Assembly (NCBI GenBank): GCA_040882355.1
Contig: JBBEBM010000021.1
Coordinates: forward strand, 1 to 36,293
Length of the DNA stretch: 36,293 bases
Reading direction: 5' to 3'
Source of the DNA: Dehalococcoidia bacterium
Lineage (GTDB): Bacteria > Chloroflexota > Dehalococcoidia > DSTF01 > RBG-16-68-14
Shown here in pieces: positions 27,365 through 36,293 of this stretch. The translations under genes were made by a program, and so were the position numbers. Position 1 is the first letter of the stretch. Every line of letters begins with the position of its first letter. Under the pieces are notes generated by a model. That model was given only the letters and a program-made list of their open reading frames with translations, was not told the DNA's origin and did no database searches.

Positions 27365-28335
27365 CTACCCTCGCCGAACGCCTGCTGTCCGAGATGAAGG
27401 CCACCGATGGCACAATCTCCGGCGGCGAGGTGAGCCGCACGCTTGGCGTGACGCGGGCCGCGCTCTGGAAGCAGGTGCAAGCGCTCCGGCGTCTGGGCTA
27501 CGAGATCGAGTCGACGCCACGCGTGGGCTACCGGCTCGTCAGCGCGCCGGACGTGCCCTACCCGTGGGAGCTGCGCGACGGCTTGCGCTCGAAGCGCTTC
27601 GGGCAGCAGGCCTATCACTGCGACGCGCTTGGCTCCACGCAAGACGAGGCGCGTCGCCTCGCCGGGGAGGGCGCGCCTGAGGGGACGGTCGTCGTCGCCG
27701 AGACGCTGGACGCGGCCCGGGGCCGCATGGGCCGCGCCTACGTGACGCCGCCGGGCGGGCTGTGGTTCTCGCTGCTGCTCAGGCCGCGGCGCTCGCCGGA
27801 GCAAGTGATCGCGCTCTCTCTGCTCGTCGCGGTCGGCGTCCACCAGGGCATCGAAGGCGTGACCGGACTGCGGTCGACCGTGCGCTGGCCGAACGATCTG
27901 CTGCTCGACGGCCGGAAGATCGTCGGCATCCTGATCGAGATGGACAGCGAGCAGGACGTGCTACGCCACGCTATCGTCGGGATCGGCATCAACGTCAACG
28001 TGCGCATGCGCGACTTCCCGAAGGACGTGCAACCGATCGCTACCAGCCTACGCGAGGCGCTCGGCCGAGACGTGCCCCGCGTCGCGCTGCTGCAGCGCAC
28101 TCTCGAACGCATGGAGGCGCTCTACGACACGTATCTGGAACGCGGCCCGCGCTCGGTCCTCGACGCCTGGCGCGCGCTGCCGACGATCCTCGGCCAGCGT
28201 GTCGCGGTCGAAGAGCTGCGCGAGCGCTGGGAGGGCACCGCCACAGACCTGGACGACGAGGGGGCGCTGCTCGTCCGCCGCGACGACGGCGCCGTCCAGC
28301 GCGTCCTCGCCGGCGACGTGCGAATCGTGACGTAG
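27352..28335 (+). CDS. birA: Bifunctional biotin ligase / biotin operon repressor (class II, with HTH)
   Basis: N-terminal HTH ISG..LGVTRAALWK; STQ, RGRMGR, GLWFS, WPND, KIVGIL, GIGINV. Confidence 0.95.
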   Translation: MPVDTTLAERLLSEMKATDGTISGGEVSRTLGVTRAALWKQVQALRRLGYEIESTPRVGYRLVSAPDVPYPWELRDGLRSKRFGQQAYHCDALGSTQDEARRLAGEGAPEGTVVVAETLDAARGRMGRAYVTPPGGLWFSLLLRPRRSPEQVIALSLLVAVGVHQGIEGVTGLRSTVRWPNDLLLDGRKIVGILIEMDSEQDVLRHAIVGIGINVNVRMRDFPKDVQPIATSLREALGRDVPRVALLQRTLERMEALYDTYLERGPRSVLDAWRALPTILGQRVAVEELRERWEGTATDLDDEGALLVRRDDGAVQRVLAGDVRIVT

Positions 28336-28387
28336 CCGATGCTGGAGCAAGCGACACAAGCGCTACCGAACGTGTCACGAAAGGCCC

Positions 28388-28442
28388 TTCGCTTTGCTCA
28401 GGGTGACAACATCGGCCCCTTTGTCATGCTGAGCGAAGCGAA
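28388..28442. repeat. 22-bp inverted repeat of GTCAnnCTGAGC type (REP-like) in the birA-bioB spacer
   Basis: TTCGCTTTGCTCAGGGTGACAA, 11 nt, TTGTCATGCTGAGCGAAGCGAA. Confidence 0.75.
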
Positions 28443-28492
28443 AGCACCTTTCGGTGCCCTGAGCCCAACTTACGGAATCAACAGGAGGACAC

Positions 28493-29503
28493 GTGACTGA
28501 TCTCAAAGCCATCGAAGACCAGGTCCTTGAGCGCGGCAAGGCGATCAGCGCCGAGCAAGCGCGGGCCCTGATCGCGCTGCCGGACGCGGAGCTGCCCGCG
28601 CTCGTCTCGGTCGCGCATCGTGTGCGGCTGCGCTACTGCGGCGACGCCGTCGAGGTGGAGTCGCTGATCAGCGCGAAGACCGGTGGCTGCCCCGAAGACT
28701 GCGCCTTCTGCTCGCAGTCGGCGCGCTTCCCGACGCGCATCGAGACGCACCCCTTCCTCGCAACGGACCAGGTCCTGGCGTCGGCGAAGAGCTCGGAGGA
28801 GCTGGGCGCGACGCAGTTCTGCATCGTCGTCGCCGTGCGCGGGCCGGACACGCGACTGATGGGCCAGGTGCTCGACTCGGTCGCCGCGATCCACCGCGAG
28901 ACCTCCCTCGACGTGCACTGCTCTCTCGGCATCCTGACGCGCGAGCAGGCGCGCGCCCTCGCCGAGGCGGGGGTCGAGCGCTACAACCACAACCTGGAGA
29001 CGGCGCGCAGCTTCTTCCCGCAGATCGTCTCGACTCACACCTGGGAGGAGCGCGCGGAGACGTGCCGCCTGGCGCAGGCAGAGGGCATGGAGCTGTGCAG
29101 CGGCGGCATCTTCGGCATGGGCGAGACGTGGGAGCAGCGCATCGAGTTCGCCTGCGAGCTACGCGAGATCGGCCCGGTCGAGATCCCGCTCAACTTCCTC
29201 AACCCGCGACCCGGCACGCCGCTCGGCGAGCAGCCGCTGCTGCCGCCGCTAGAAGCGATCCGCATCTGCGCCCTCTGGCGGCTTTTCTTCCCGCGCGAGA
29301 CGCTCCGCTACGCGGGTGGCCGTGAGGCGGTGCTGCGCGATCTCCAGGCGCTCGGGCTGCTCTCCGGCGTGAACGGCCTGATCATGGGCAACTACCTGAC
29401 GACGACCGGGCGCTCTCCGCAGGAGGACCTGCGCATGCTCGACGGCCTGGGCATGCCTCGCGCCGAGACGAACGGCGGACGGCGTGTCGAGGTGGTGCTA
29501 TGA
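28493..29503 (+). CDS. bioB: Biotin synthase
   Basis: KTGGCPEDCAFCSQS radical SAM motif, YNHNLET, CSGGIFGMGE, GNYLTT. Confidence 0.97.
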   Translation: MTDLKAIEDQVLERGKAISAEQARALIALPDAELPALVSVAHRVRLRYCGDAVEVESLISAKTGGCPEDCAFCSQSARFPTRIETHPFLATDQVLASAKSSEELGATQFCIVVAVRGPDTRLMGQVLDSVAAIHRETSLDVHCSLGILTREQARALAEAGVERYNHNLETARSFFPQIVSTHTWEERAETCRLAQAEGMELCSGGIFGMGETWEQRIEFACELREIGPVEIPLNFLNPRPGTPLGEQPLLPPLEAIRICALWRLFFPRETLRYAGGREAVLRDLQALGLLSGVNGLIMGNYLTTTGRSPQEDLRMLDGLGMPRAETNGGRRVEVVL

Positions 29504-30882
29504 CGGCGCCCGACCTGCGAACGGCGCCATCAGCGCGAACGCGACGGCTCGCCGACGACGACCACGCCTACCTCTGGCACCCCTTCACGCAGATGGAGGA
29601 GTACTGCAAGGACGAGCCGCTGATCGTCGAGCGGGCGGAAGGCTGCTGGCTGATCGATACGGAAGGCCGGCGCTACCTGGACGGCGTCTCGTCGCTCTGG
29701 GTGACCGTGCACGGCCATCGCCACCCGCGCCTCGACGCAGCGCTGCGCGAGCAGATCGACCGTGTCGCCCACAGCACGCTGCTCGGCGTCACGAACGTGC
29801 CCGCCATCGAGCTCGCCCGACGGCTCGTCGAGATCGCGCCCGAGGGGCTAACGCGCGTCTTCTACGCGGAGAACGGCGCGAGCGCGGTCGAGATCGCGCT
29901 CAAGATGGCGTTCCAGTACTGGCAGCACCGCGGCCAGCCGCAGCGGACGCGCTTCCTCAGGCTGGAGAATGCCTACCACGGCGACACCATCGGCGCGGTC
30001 AGCGTAGGCGGCATCGACCGCTTCCACGCCGCCTACGGCCCCCTCCTCTTCCCCACCTACGAAGCGCCCTCGCCCGACTGCTATCGCTCGCCGCTGGCAG
30101 AGACATCCGACGATCTCGCGACGGTCTTCGCTGACGCGCTCGGCGACGTGCTGGCCGCGCACCACGAGGAGATCGCCGCCGTGATCGTCGAGCCGCTGGT
30201 GCAGGCGGCGGCGGGCATGATCACCGCGCCCGAAGGCTACTTGCGGCTGGTGCGCGAGCACTGCGACCGATTCAGCGTGCCGCTGATTGTCGACGAAGTG
30301 GCGACCGGCTTCGGGCGCACCGGGCGCATGTTCGCCTGCGAGCACGAGGGCATCTCGCCGGACTTCCTGGTGCTGGGCAAGGGGATCACCGGCGGCTACC
30401 TGCCGCTGTCGGCGGTGCTCACGACGGACGAGATCTACGACGCCTTCTTCGGCCCGTACGAGTCGTTCAAGACGCTCTTCCACGGCCACACCTACACCGG
30501 CAATCCGCTCGCCTGCGCCGTCGCGCTCGCGAACCTCGATGTCTTCGAAGAAGAGCAGACGCTGGAACGGCTGCAGCCGAAGATCGCGCACCTGACGCGC
30601 CGCCTCGACGCGTTCGGCGCGCTCGAGCACGTCGGCGACGTGCGCCAGCGCGGGTTCATGGTCGGGATCGAGCTCGTCGCCGACCGCGCGACGAAGGCGC
30701 CGTACCCAGTCGAGGCGCAGCTCGGCTGGCGCGTGATCCGCCTCGCGCGCGAGCGTGGCGTCGTCATCCGCCCGTTGGGCGACGTGATCGTGCTCATGCC
30801 GCCGCTCTCGATCACCATCGACGAGCTCGACCTGCTGCTCGACGTCACCTACGACTGCATCCGTAAGGCAACAGAGCAATGA
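29500..30882 (+). CDS. bioA: 7,8-diaminopelargonic acid aminotransferase
   Basis: LWHPFTQM, YHGDTIGAVSVG, DEVATGFGRTG, LGKGITGGYLP, FHGHTYTGNPL, IRPLG. Confidence 0.96.
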   Translation: MTAPDLRTAPSARTRRLADDDHAYLWHPFTQMEEYCKDEPLIVERAEGCWLIDTEGRRYLDGVSSLWVTVHGHRHPRLDAALREQIDRVAHSTLLGVTNVPAIELARRLVEIAPEGLTRVFYAENGASAVEIALKMAFQYWQHRGQPQRTRFLRLENAYHGDTIGAVSVGGIDRFHAAYGPLLFPTYEAPSPDCYRSPLAETSDDLATVFADALGDVLAAHHEEIAAVIVEPLVQAAAGMITAPEGYLRLVREHCDRFSVPLIVDEVATGFGRTGRMFACEHEGISPDFLVLGKGITGGYLPLSAVLTTDEIYDAFFGPYESFKTLFHGHTYTGNPLACAVALANLDVFEEEQTLERLQPKIAHLTRRLDAFGALEHVGDVRQRGFMVGIELVADRATKAPYPVEAQLGWRVIRLARERGVVIRPLGDVIVLMPPLSITIDELDLLLDVTYDCIRKATEQ

Positions 30883-30896
30883 GCGGCCCTCCCGAA

Positions 30897-30987
30897 GCCA
30901 GGCTGAAGCATGGCCTCCGGGGTTGCGGAACAGCCATTAGCCCCCGCCTACCGGCGGGCAGGCGTCGTCGTCGGGTTGAAGGCCGAC
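30897..30987. repeat. Degenerate REP-like hairpins (TGAA/TTCA loop) in the bioA-bioF spacer
   Basis: GCCAGGC-TGAA-GCATGGC (30897-30914) and GTCGGGT-TGAA-GGCCGAC (30970-30987), with CGCCTACC..GGCAGGCG between them. Confidence 0.55.
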
Positions 30988-31000
30988 CCGCAAGGTTGCG

Positions 31001-32203
31001 ATGACGATCGACACAGCGCCCGACACCCTCGCCTGGCTCGACGAAGAGCTTGCCTCGCTCCGCGAGCAGGACCTCGAACGCGCGCTCGTCCCGCTCGACG
31101 GGCCGCAGGAGCCGGAGGTGATCATCGATGGCCAGCGCTACATCCTGCTCGCCTCCAACAACTACCTTGGCCTCGCGACCGACCCGCGCGTGAAGGCGGG
31201 CGCTGTCGCGGCCGTCGAGCGATACGGCACAGGCGCCGGCGCCTCGCGGCTCGTCTCCGGCCATACGGTGCTGCACCGCGAGCTGGAGCAGCGCCTCGCC
31301 GCGCTGAAGGGGACGGAGGACGCTCTCGTCTTCGGCAGCGGCTATCTCGCAAACCTCGGCGCGATCACCGCGCTCGCCGGCCCGGGCGACGCCATCTACA
31401 GCGACGCGCTCAACCACGCCAGCATCGTTGACGGCTGCCGCCTCTCGCGCGCCGAGGTTGCCGTCTATCCGCACCGCGATGTCGAACGCCTGCGCGCGCT
31501 CCTCGATGAGGACACCGGGCGCTACCGCCGGCGGCTGATCGTCACGGACGCCGTCTTCAGCATGGACGGCGACCTCGCGCCGCTGCCAGCGCTCGTCGAG
31601 CTGGCCGAGCGCTTCGACGCGATGCTGATGGTGGACGAAGCGCACGCAACGGGCGTGCTGGGCGCGACGGGCGCGGGCGCGGTCGAGCACTTCGGGCTGG
31701 AGGGCCGCGTGCCGGTGATCATGGGTACGCTCTCGAAGTCGCTCGCCTCCGTGGGCGGCTTCATCGCGGGGTCGCGCACGCTCATCGACTACCTGCGCAA
31801 TCGCGCGCGCCCGTTCATCTACACGACCGGCCTGGCGCCCGCCGCGGCGGGAGCGGTAATCGCGGCGCTCGACGTGATCGAAGCCGAGCCCGAGCGGCGC
31901 GTGCGCGTGCTCGCACTGGCTCGCCGTCTTGGCGAAGGCCTGCGTACCCCGGGCTACGACGTGCTGCCAAGCGAATCGGCCGTCGTCCCTGTGCTCGTCG
32001 GCAGGGCGCGGGACGCACTCGACCTCTCGTCGGCGCTGCGACGGCGGGGCGTCTTCTGCCCCGCGATCCGTTCGCCCACCGTGCCCGAAGGGCAGAGCCG
32101 GCTGCGTGTCGTGCCGATGGCGACTCACACCGACGACCAGACCGAGCGCGCCCTCGCCGCCTTCACGGCCGCGCGGCGCGAGCTGTGGCCGGATGAGCGC
32201 TGA
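31001..32203 (+). CDS. bioF: 8-amino-7-oxononanoate synthase
   Basis: SNNYLGLA, ASRLVSG, SDALNHASIVDG, VFSMDGD, VDEAHATG, GTLSKS. Confidence 0.96.
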   Translation: MTIDTAPDTLAWLDEELASLREQDLERALVPLDGPQEPEVIIDGQRYILLASNNYLGLATDPRVKAGAVAAVERYGTGAGASRLVSGHTVLHRELEQRLAALKGTEDALVFGSGYLANLGAITALAGPGDAIYSDALNHASIVDGCRLSRAEVAVYPHRDVERLRALLDEDTGRYRRRLIVTDAVFSMDGDLAPLPALVELAERFDAMLMVDEAHATGVLGATGAGAVEHFGLEGRVPVIMGTLSKSLASVGGFIAGSRTLIDYLRNRARPFIYTTGLAPAAAGAVIAALDVIEAEPERRVRVLALARRLGEGLRTPGYDVLPSESAVVPVLVGRARDALDLSSALRRRGVFCPAIRSPTVPEGQSRLRVVPMATHTDDQTERALAAFTAARRELWPDER

Positions 32204-32220
32204 TCGCCCCGCTTACGTAG

Positions 32221-32246
32221 ACCGCCGACTGAAGTCGGCCGCATAG
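32221..32246. repeat. REP-like palindrome, near-identical to 20937-20962
   Basis: ACCGCCGACTGAAGTCGGCCGCATAG vs ACCGCCGACTGAAGTCGGCGGCATAG (1 mismatch in 26). Confidence 0.85.
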
Positions 32247-32251
32247 GGCCG

Positions 32252-33001
32252 ATGGCAGAACGCTTTCGCTTCTTCGTTACCGGTACCGACACCGGCGCCG
32301 GCAAAACCGTCGTTACTGCGGCGATCGCGTGTCTGGCGGTCGAAGCGGGCCAGCGGCTCGCCGCCTTTAAGCCGGCGCAGACGGGCGTCGCGCCGGATGA
32401 GCCGGGCGACCTGGAGTTCGTCCGCGCGGCAGCAGGCGCCTCTCCTCTCCTCACAACTGCATACGGCTACCGGCTGCGCGAGCCGCTCGCGCCCGCGGTC
32501 GCGGCGCAGCGTGAGGGCGTGCGCATCGACCCGGCGGCGATCCTCGAGCAGTACGAAGGGCTCGCGTCGGAGGCAGACGTCGTACTGGTCGAGGGCGCGG
32601 GCGGCCTGCTGGCGCCGCTGGCGGACGGTTACCTGATGGCCGACTTAGCACGCGAACTCAACATACCGATGCTCGTGGTCGCTCGACCCGGCCTCGGCAC
32701 GCTCAACCACACCGCCCTGACGGTCGAGGCGGCGCGCTCGCGTGCCATCGAGGTGGCGGGCGTCGTCATCTCCGGCTACCCGGCTGAGCCCGACCTCGCG
32801 ACGCGCACGAACCCGCGCCTCATGGTCGAGCTCACTGGCGCCCCGCTCCTGGGCGTCCTCCCTCACATCGAGGGCCTCTCGACCGACAAGCTGCGCACGG
32901 CGGGCCTGGCGCAGGTGGCGCGCGACGCGCTCGCGCCAGCGCTGGGCGGCTGCTTTGACAGCGGGGCGTTCCTTGACAGAGAGTCCGTCGGCGCCGCCTG
33001 A
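32252..33001 (+). CDS. bioD: Dethiobiotin synthase
   Basis: FVTGTDTGAGKT, KPAQTG, VEGAGG, LGTLNHT. Confidence 0.97.
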   Translation: MAERFRFFVTGTDTGAGKTVVTAAIACLAVEAGQRLAAFKPAQTGVAPDEPGDLEFVRAAAGASPLLTTAYGYRLREPLAPAVAAQREGVRIDPAAILEQYEGLASEADVVLVEGAGGLLAPLADGYLMADLARELNIPMLVVARPGLGTLNHTALTVEAARSRAIEVAGVVISGYPAEPDLATRTNPRLMVELTGAPLLGVLPHIEGLSTDKLRTAGLAQVARDALAPALGGCFDSGAFLDRESVGAA

Positions 33002-33041
33002 TTGTCGGACGGCTGCGCGGTACTCAGGAGGGACTAGCGCG

Positions 33042-33914
33042 ATGAAGCAGTCGAATGTCGCCGGAGCATTCAGCGAGCCACGATTCATCGACGTCGGCCA
33101 GGCGCGAGTCTGCTACAGACAGGCCGGTGAGGGCCCGGCCCTGGTCCTGGTGCACGGCTTTCCGCTGTCCGGTCTTACCTGGCGGGGGCTGGTGCCCCAC
33201 CTTTCGAAGCAGTTCACCTGCCATGCCTTCGACCTGATCGGGCTCGGAGAGTCGACCTCCCACGACGCGACCGACTTCACGTCACCGGGGCAGGGCCGCG
33301 TTCTCCAGCAGGCGCTACGGGCGGTGGACGTCTCGTCGTACGCGCTGATCGGCAACGACACCGGCGGCTGGGTCGCGCGTGAGCTGGCGCTGCTCGAACC
33401 CGAGCGCGTCACGCGGCTGGTCCTGACCAATACAGAGATACCCGGCCATCGACCGCCGTGGGTGCCGCTCTACCAGCGCCTGGCGCGACTCCCGGGGAGC
33501 AGCGCGCTCTTCCGCACGATCCTGATGTCGCGCCGGACGCGACGCTCCGCGGCGGCGTTCGGCGGCTGCTTCGAGGACCTCGACCTGATCGACGGCGAGT
33601 TCTACGACCTGTTCCTCGCGCCGCTCGTGTCATCGCCGCAGCGGCTCGCCGCGGCCCTGCAGTTCATGTGGCGGATGAACTTCGAACGGCTGGATCGCTT
33701 CGCGCAGCTTCACGGCCAGCTCACGATGCCGGTCGCGTTCCTCTGGGGCACCGCCGACCCGACCTTCCCCGAGGCGACGGCTCGCGCGATGGCCTCCCAG
33801 TTCCCCAACGTCGCTCAGTTTACGTCGGTCGCTAACGCCAAGCTCTTCTTCTACGAGGAGCATCCCGACATGGTGGCGGAGCTGGTCACCAAGATCCTCA
33901 CACGCGCCGCTTAG
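33042..33914 (+). CDS. Alpha/beta-hydrolase fold protein (Asp-nucleophile, epoxide hydrolase/dehalogenase-like)
   Basis: LVHGFP, DLIGLGES, GNDTGG, WGTADPTF; AGGAGG RBS; expected His position reads AKLFFYEE. Confidence 0.85.
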   Translation: MKQSNVAGAFSEPRFIDVGQARVCYRQAGEGPALVLVHGFPLSGLTWRGLVPHLSKQFTCHAFDLIGLGESTSHDATDFTSPGQGRVLQQALRAVDVSSYALIGNDTGGWVARELALLEPERVTRLVLTNTEIPGHRPPWVPLYQRLARLPGSSALFRTILMSRRTRRSAAAFGGCFEDLDLIDGEFYDLFLAPLVSSPQRLAAALQFMWRMNFERLDRFAQLHGQLTMPVAFLWGTADPTFPEATARAMASQFPNVAQFTSVANAKLFFYEEHPDMVAELVTKILTRAA

Positions 33915-34038
33915 CCACAAACGCGCGGCCCTCTCATCCGTGGCCTGGCCGCTCAGAGGTGCGCTCCACGTGCTCGGCCTGATCTAGGGCTGAACAGGGA
34001 GGCAGAGGTACGGTGGTGATCCCGACGTGGGCGCTCCG

Positions 34039-34569
34039 TTAGCAAGCGACCGCGCTGGCTACTCGCTCGAGGCAGGCTCGGAAACGCTCCGAGTTCGCGA
34101 CCCGGTACGTGGAATCCTTGCCGCCGTCGTCGCAGCGGCGCAACAGGAGAGCGTCGGTCGCCCAGCGATGCGCCGCGAACTCCGTCACCTCGGCCTCGGT
34201 CATCAGGCCGCCTTGCTCGATCATCGTCCGCTGCGAGGTCGGGGAGAGACCGTCCCAATACGCGGCGTCGCTCGCGCAGAGGTAGCGCTTGGCGTCGGCG
34301 TGGGCGTTGATCAGCCACGCGACGCGCTCGCCGAAGAGCGGCCGCACCAGGTTCGAGGCCCACGAGGCGTGGGCCTCGGGCGCGACCCGGCCGTCGCCCA
34401 GGTCGTGCAGCACACCCGCGGCGATCAGCTCGTCATCGCAGCCGGCGCGTTCCAGCCCTTCCGCTGTCTGAAAGGCGTGCTCAACGAGGTCGAGCGACTC
34501 CCCGTCGGTGAGCGATCGCTGCGCGAGCAGGGACTCCCAGGCCTCATCGACGGTGGCGAACGATCTCAT
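34039..34569 (-). CDS. HD-domain protein, PhnZ/TmpB-like diiron oxygenase family
   Basis: EHAFQTA, LHDLG, HADAKRYLC, LS..S..T...QGG.M, LRR.DD.GK; AGGAG RBS. Confidence 0.8.
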   Translation of the reverse strand: MRSFATVDEAWESLLAQRSLTDGESLDLVEHAFQTAEGLERAGCDDELIAAGVLHDLGDGRVAPEAHASWASNLVRPLFGERVAWLINAHADAKRYLCASDAAYWDGLSPTSQRTMIEQGGLMTEAEVTEFAAHRWATDALLLRRCDDGGKDSTYRVANSERFRACLERVASAVAC

Positions 34570-34611
34570 GCGGTTCTCCTCGCCGAGCTGCCTGCACCAC
34601 CCACTCACCAG

Positions 34612-35328
34612 TCAGCGTGCCCAGTATTCCTCCAATAGCGTCGCCACCTCGGCCGGACGCTGATACGGCCACCAGTGGCCGCACCCCTCGAACGCGACGA
34701 ACTTGGCGCCGGTGCGCTCCGCCAGGCGCTTCCCGAACTCAGGGCCCGCGTACGGATCGTCCGCGCCCCAGAGCACCAGCCCGGGTGGCGCGCTCAAGGC
34801 GAGCGGCGCCCAGTCGGATGACACATGCGTCGCGGAGCGATACAGGGCAAGGATCGACGACTTCATCGCGTCGTCGATGTGCGACGCCACTGATCGCGCC
34901 ACGTCTTCGCCCATGCCCTGCGACGCCCACACCGCGACGACCACGTCGGGCGTCAGCGCGGCCATCAGTTGCTCGCCAGCCTCCGGCGTCTGCCAGGTCT
35001 TCGCGGTGTCGTGCCACTCGTATGCGGTGTCGAGCGGGCCGCTGCCGGCGGCCCACGTCCGGATGAGGTCTGGCCGCAGCGAGACGACACGCTGGACGAG
35101 CATCGCGCCCCAGTCGTGGCCGACGATGTCGACCGGCTCGCCCACCTCCTCGACGCGAGCGACGAGCCACGAGGCGTAGTCGTCCTTCGTGCAATCGAAC
35201 CCGGCAGGCAGCGGCGCACCGAAGCCGGGCATCGCGGGGGCGATCACGTCTTTGCGATTGAGGTGCTCTCGCACGCCGTTCCAGAGATCGGGCGTATCGG
35301 GCACGCCGTGCACGAAGAAGGCAGGCAT
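34612..35328 (-). CDS. Alpha/beta-hydrolase (Asp nucleophile)
   Basis: FVHGVPD, GHDWG, WGADDPY, GHWWP. Confidence 0.9.
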   Translation of the reverse strand: MPAFFVHGVPDTPDLWNGVREHLNRKDVIAPAMPGFGAPLPAGFDCTKDDYASWLVARVEEVGEPVDIVGHDWGAMLVQRVVSLRPDLIRTWAAGSGPLDTAYEWHDTAKTWQTPEAGEQLMAALTPDVVVAVWASQGMGEDVARSVASHIDDAMKSSILALYRSATHVSSDWAPLALSAPPGLVLWGADDPYAGPEFGKRLAERTGAKFVAFEGCGHWWPYQRPAEVATLLEEYWAR

Positions 35329-35452
35329 GGGGTCCCTCCTCTCGAATTCGCGAATCTAGGGCCTCGTTAGGCGGTCACGGCAACACGCCCGACAATCGTA
35401 GCCCCTCACGAGTTCACTCAACAAGCCCGATGGCTCGCCGCAAGGTGGCCCG

Positions 35453-35995
35453 TCAGGCCTGGCCGAGCGCGCCGAGCTTCAGCACGGTGTTCCAGTTGCG
35501 GCCGGTGCCGCGCGTGCCCAGCTCGCGCTCCATCAGGTCCGCGGTCAGCTTCGACCGGCCGATCCCCGCCGGGTAGAAGACGTAGAGCTGCTTGCCATCG
35601 GCGCGGATGATCTCCGGCCCCTTGCTCGCCGCCCGCAGCGCCTCCACAGCGTCCGCCTGAGGCGCATCCTTCAGAAACTGGACGACGAGGTGGCCGGGAT
35701 CGCGCTTCGCCTCGGCCGGAAAGGGGTTGCGGGCGATCACCGCCTCCCACTCCTTCGCGGTGCGCACGAAGAAGGCGGTGCGCAGGTCCAGGCGGTTCTC
35801 AGCCTCGTCCTCGAGCGACCGCTCGAGGGCGGCGTCCGATTGCGCCTTGCCCCGGAAGCTGAGGTTGCCGGTATTGAGCAGCGTCCGCACGTCTTCGAAG
35901 CCCAGCGCTACGACGAAGTCGCGCAGGTCGGACATCGCGACCTTCCTGTGGCCGCCGACGTTGATCCCGCGCAGGAGGGCGATGTACGTAGTCAT
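35453..35995 (-). CDS. DUF1697 domain-containing protein
   Basis: YIALLRGINVGG...M.DL...VRTLLNTGN...T.RNWNTV.KL. Confidence 0.92.
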   Translation of the reverse strand: MTTYIALLRGINVGGHRKVAMSDLRDFVVALGFEDVRTLLNTGNLSFRGKAQSDAALERSLEDEAENRLDLRTAFFVRTAKEWEAVIARNPFPAEAKRDPGHLVVQFLKDAPQADAVEALRAASKGPEIIRADGKQLYVFYPAGIGRSKLTADLMERELGTRGTGRNWNTVLKLGALGQA

Positions 35996-36014
35996 GACCG
36001 CGTCTGAAGGGGCG

Positions 36015-36293
36015 CTACCCCTTTCCGGGAATCGTCGCGCCCCAATCCTCCGGAGCGACGTCGGCGACGGACTGCGAGAACGACCATCGATAGCCGGCGA
36101 GGTCTTCGGCGGTGTACTGCCGCTCCCCGAACGGGTACGTCTCCGGCGGGTGGACGATCCGCGCGCCGAACTCTTTCGCCTGCTCGAAGTGGCGGTCGAC
36201 GTCCTCGACATGCACGCCCAAGACCACGTCAACCTCGCCGGCACGGGGCGACCGAAGCTCGGCGTCGTCGGGCCCCGCGGGGCCCAGGGCGCC
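36015..36293 (-). CDS. VOC/glyoxalase family protein, 3' part (start lies outside the window)
   Basis: VEDVD.HF..A...GA.I..PP..YPFGERQY.AEDL.G.RW.F..VAPEDWG. Confidence 0.85.
   Translation of the reverse strand, partial: GALGPAGPDDAELRSPRAGEVDVVLGVHVEDVDRHFEQAKEFGARIVHPPETYPFGERQYTAEDLAGYRWSFSQSVADVAPEDWGATIPGKG

Noticed and set aside
33042..33914. Calling this gene bioH, or the methyltransferases at 13762 and 20024 bioC
   Set aside because: No GxSxG serine in the hydrolase; the methyltransferases are far from the operon and show only generic motifs

Overview
High-GC bacterial chromosomal segment. Gene content, leaderless-type promoters and repeat style suggest Chloroflexota (Dehalococcoidia-like); this is inference only. 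The window opens with the 3' half of tRNA-Arg(CCT), then a DUF1330-like gene and a sulfatase. Next is a compositionally distinct three-gene cassette: Ser alpha/beta-hydrolase, signal-peptide-less subtilase, and a free-standing subtilase-prodomain-like protein. This is the best candidate for an undescribed protease-gated system. After it come a 34-aa membrane peptide, a gene remnant, a NarL/HisKA_3 two-component pair divergent from a REC-only protein plus MacB/FtsX-type ABC transporter, methyltransferases, a PAP2-DUF2238-like fusion, a diguanylate cyclase, a CMD/HxlR/MaoC-MaoC/PaaI cluster, an SDR, a dienelactone hydrolase, a DZR-cyclase-STAND-TPR protein and purU. A birA-bioB-bioA-bioF-bioD operon has a clear BirA operator, and its REP-like spacers are each spanned by short 'bridge' ORFs. 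The window ends with hydrolases, a PhnZ-like HD protein, DUF1697 and a partial VOC gene. No integrase, transposase, CRISPR array or rRNA was seen. All family calls come from motif recognition by eye, not database searches.
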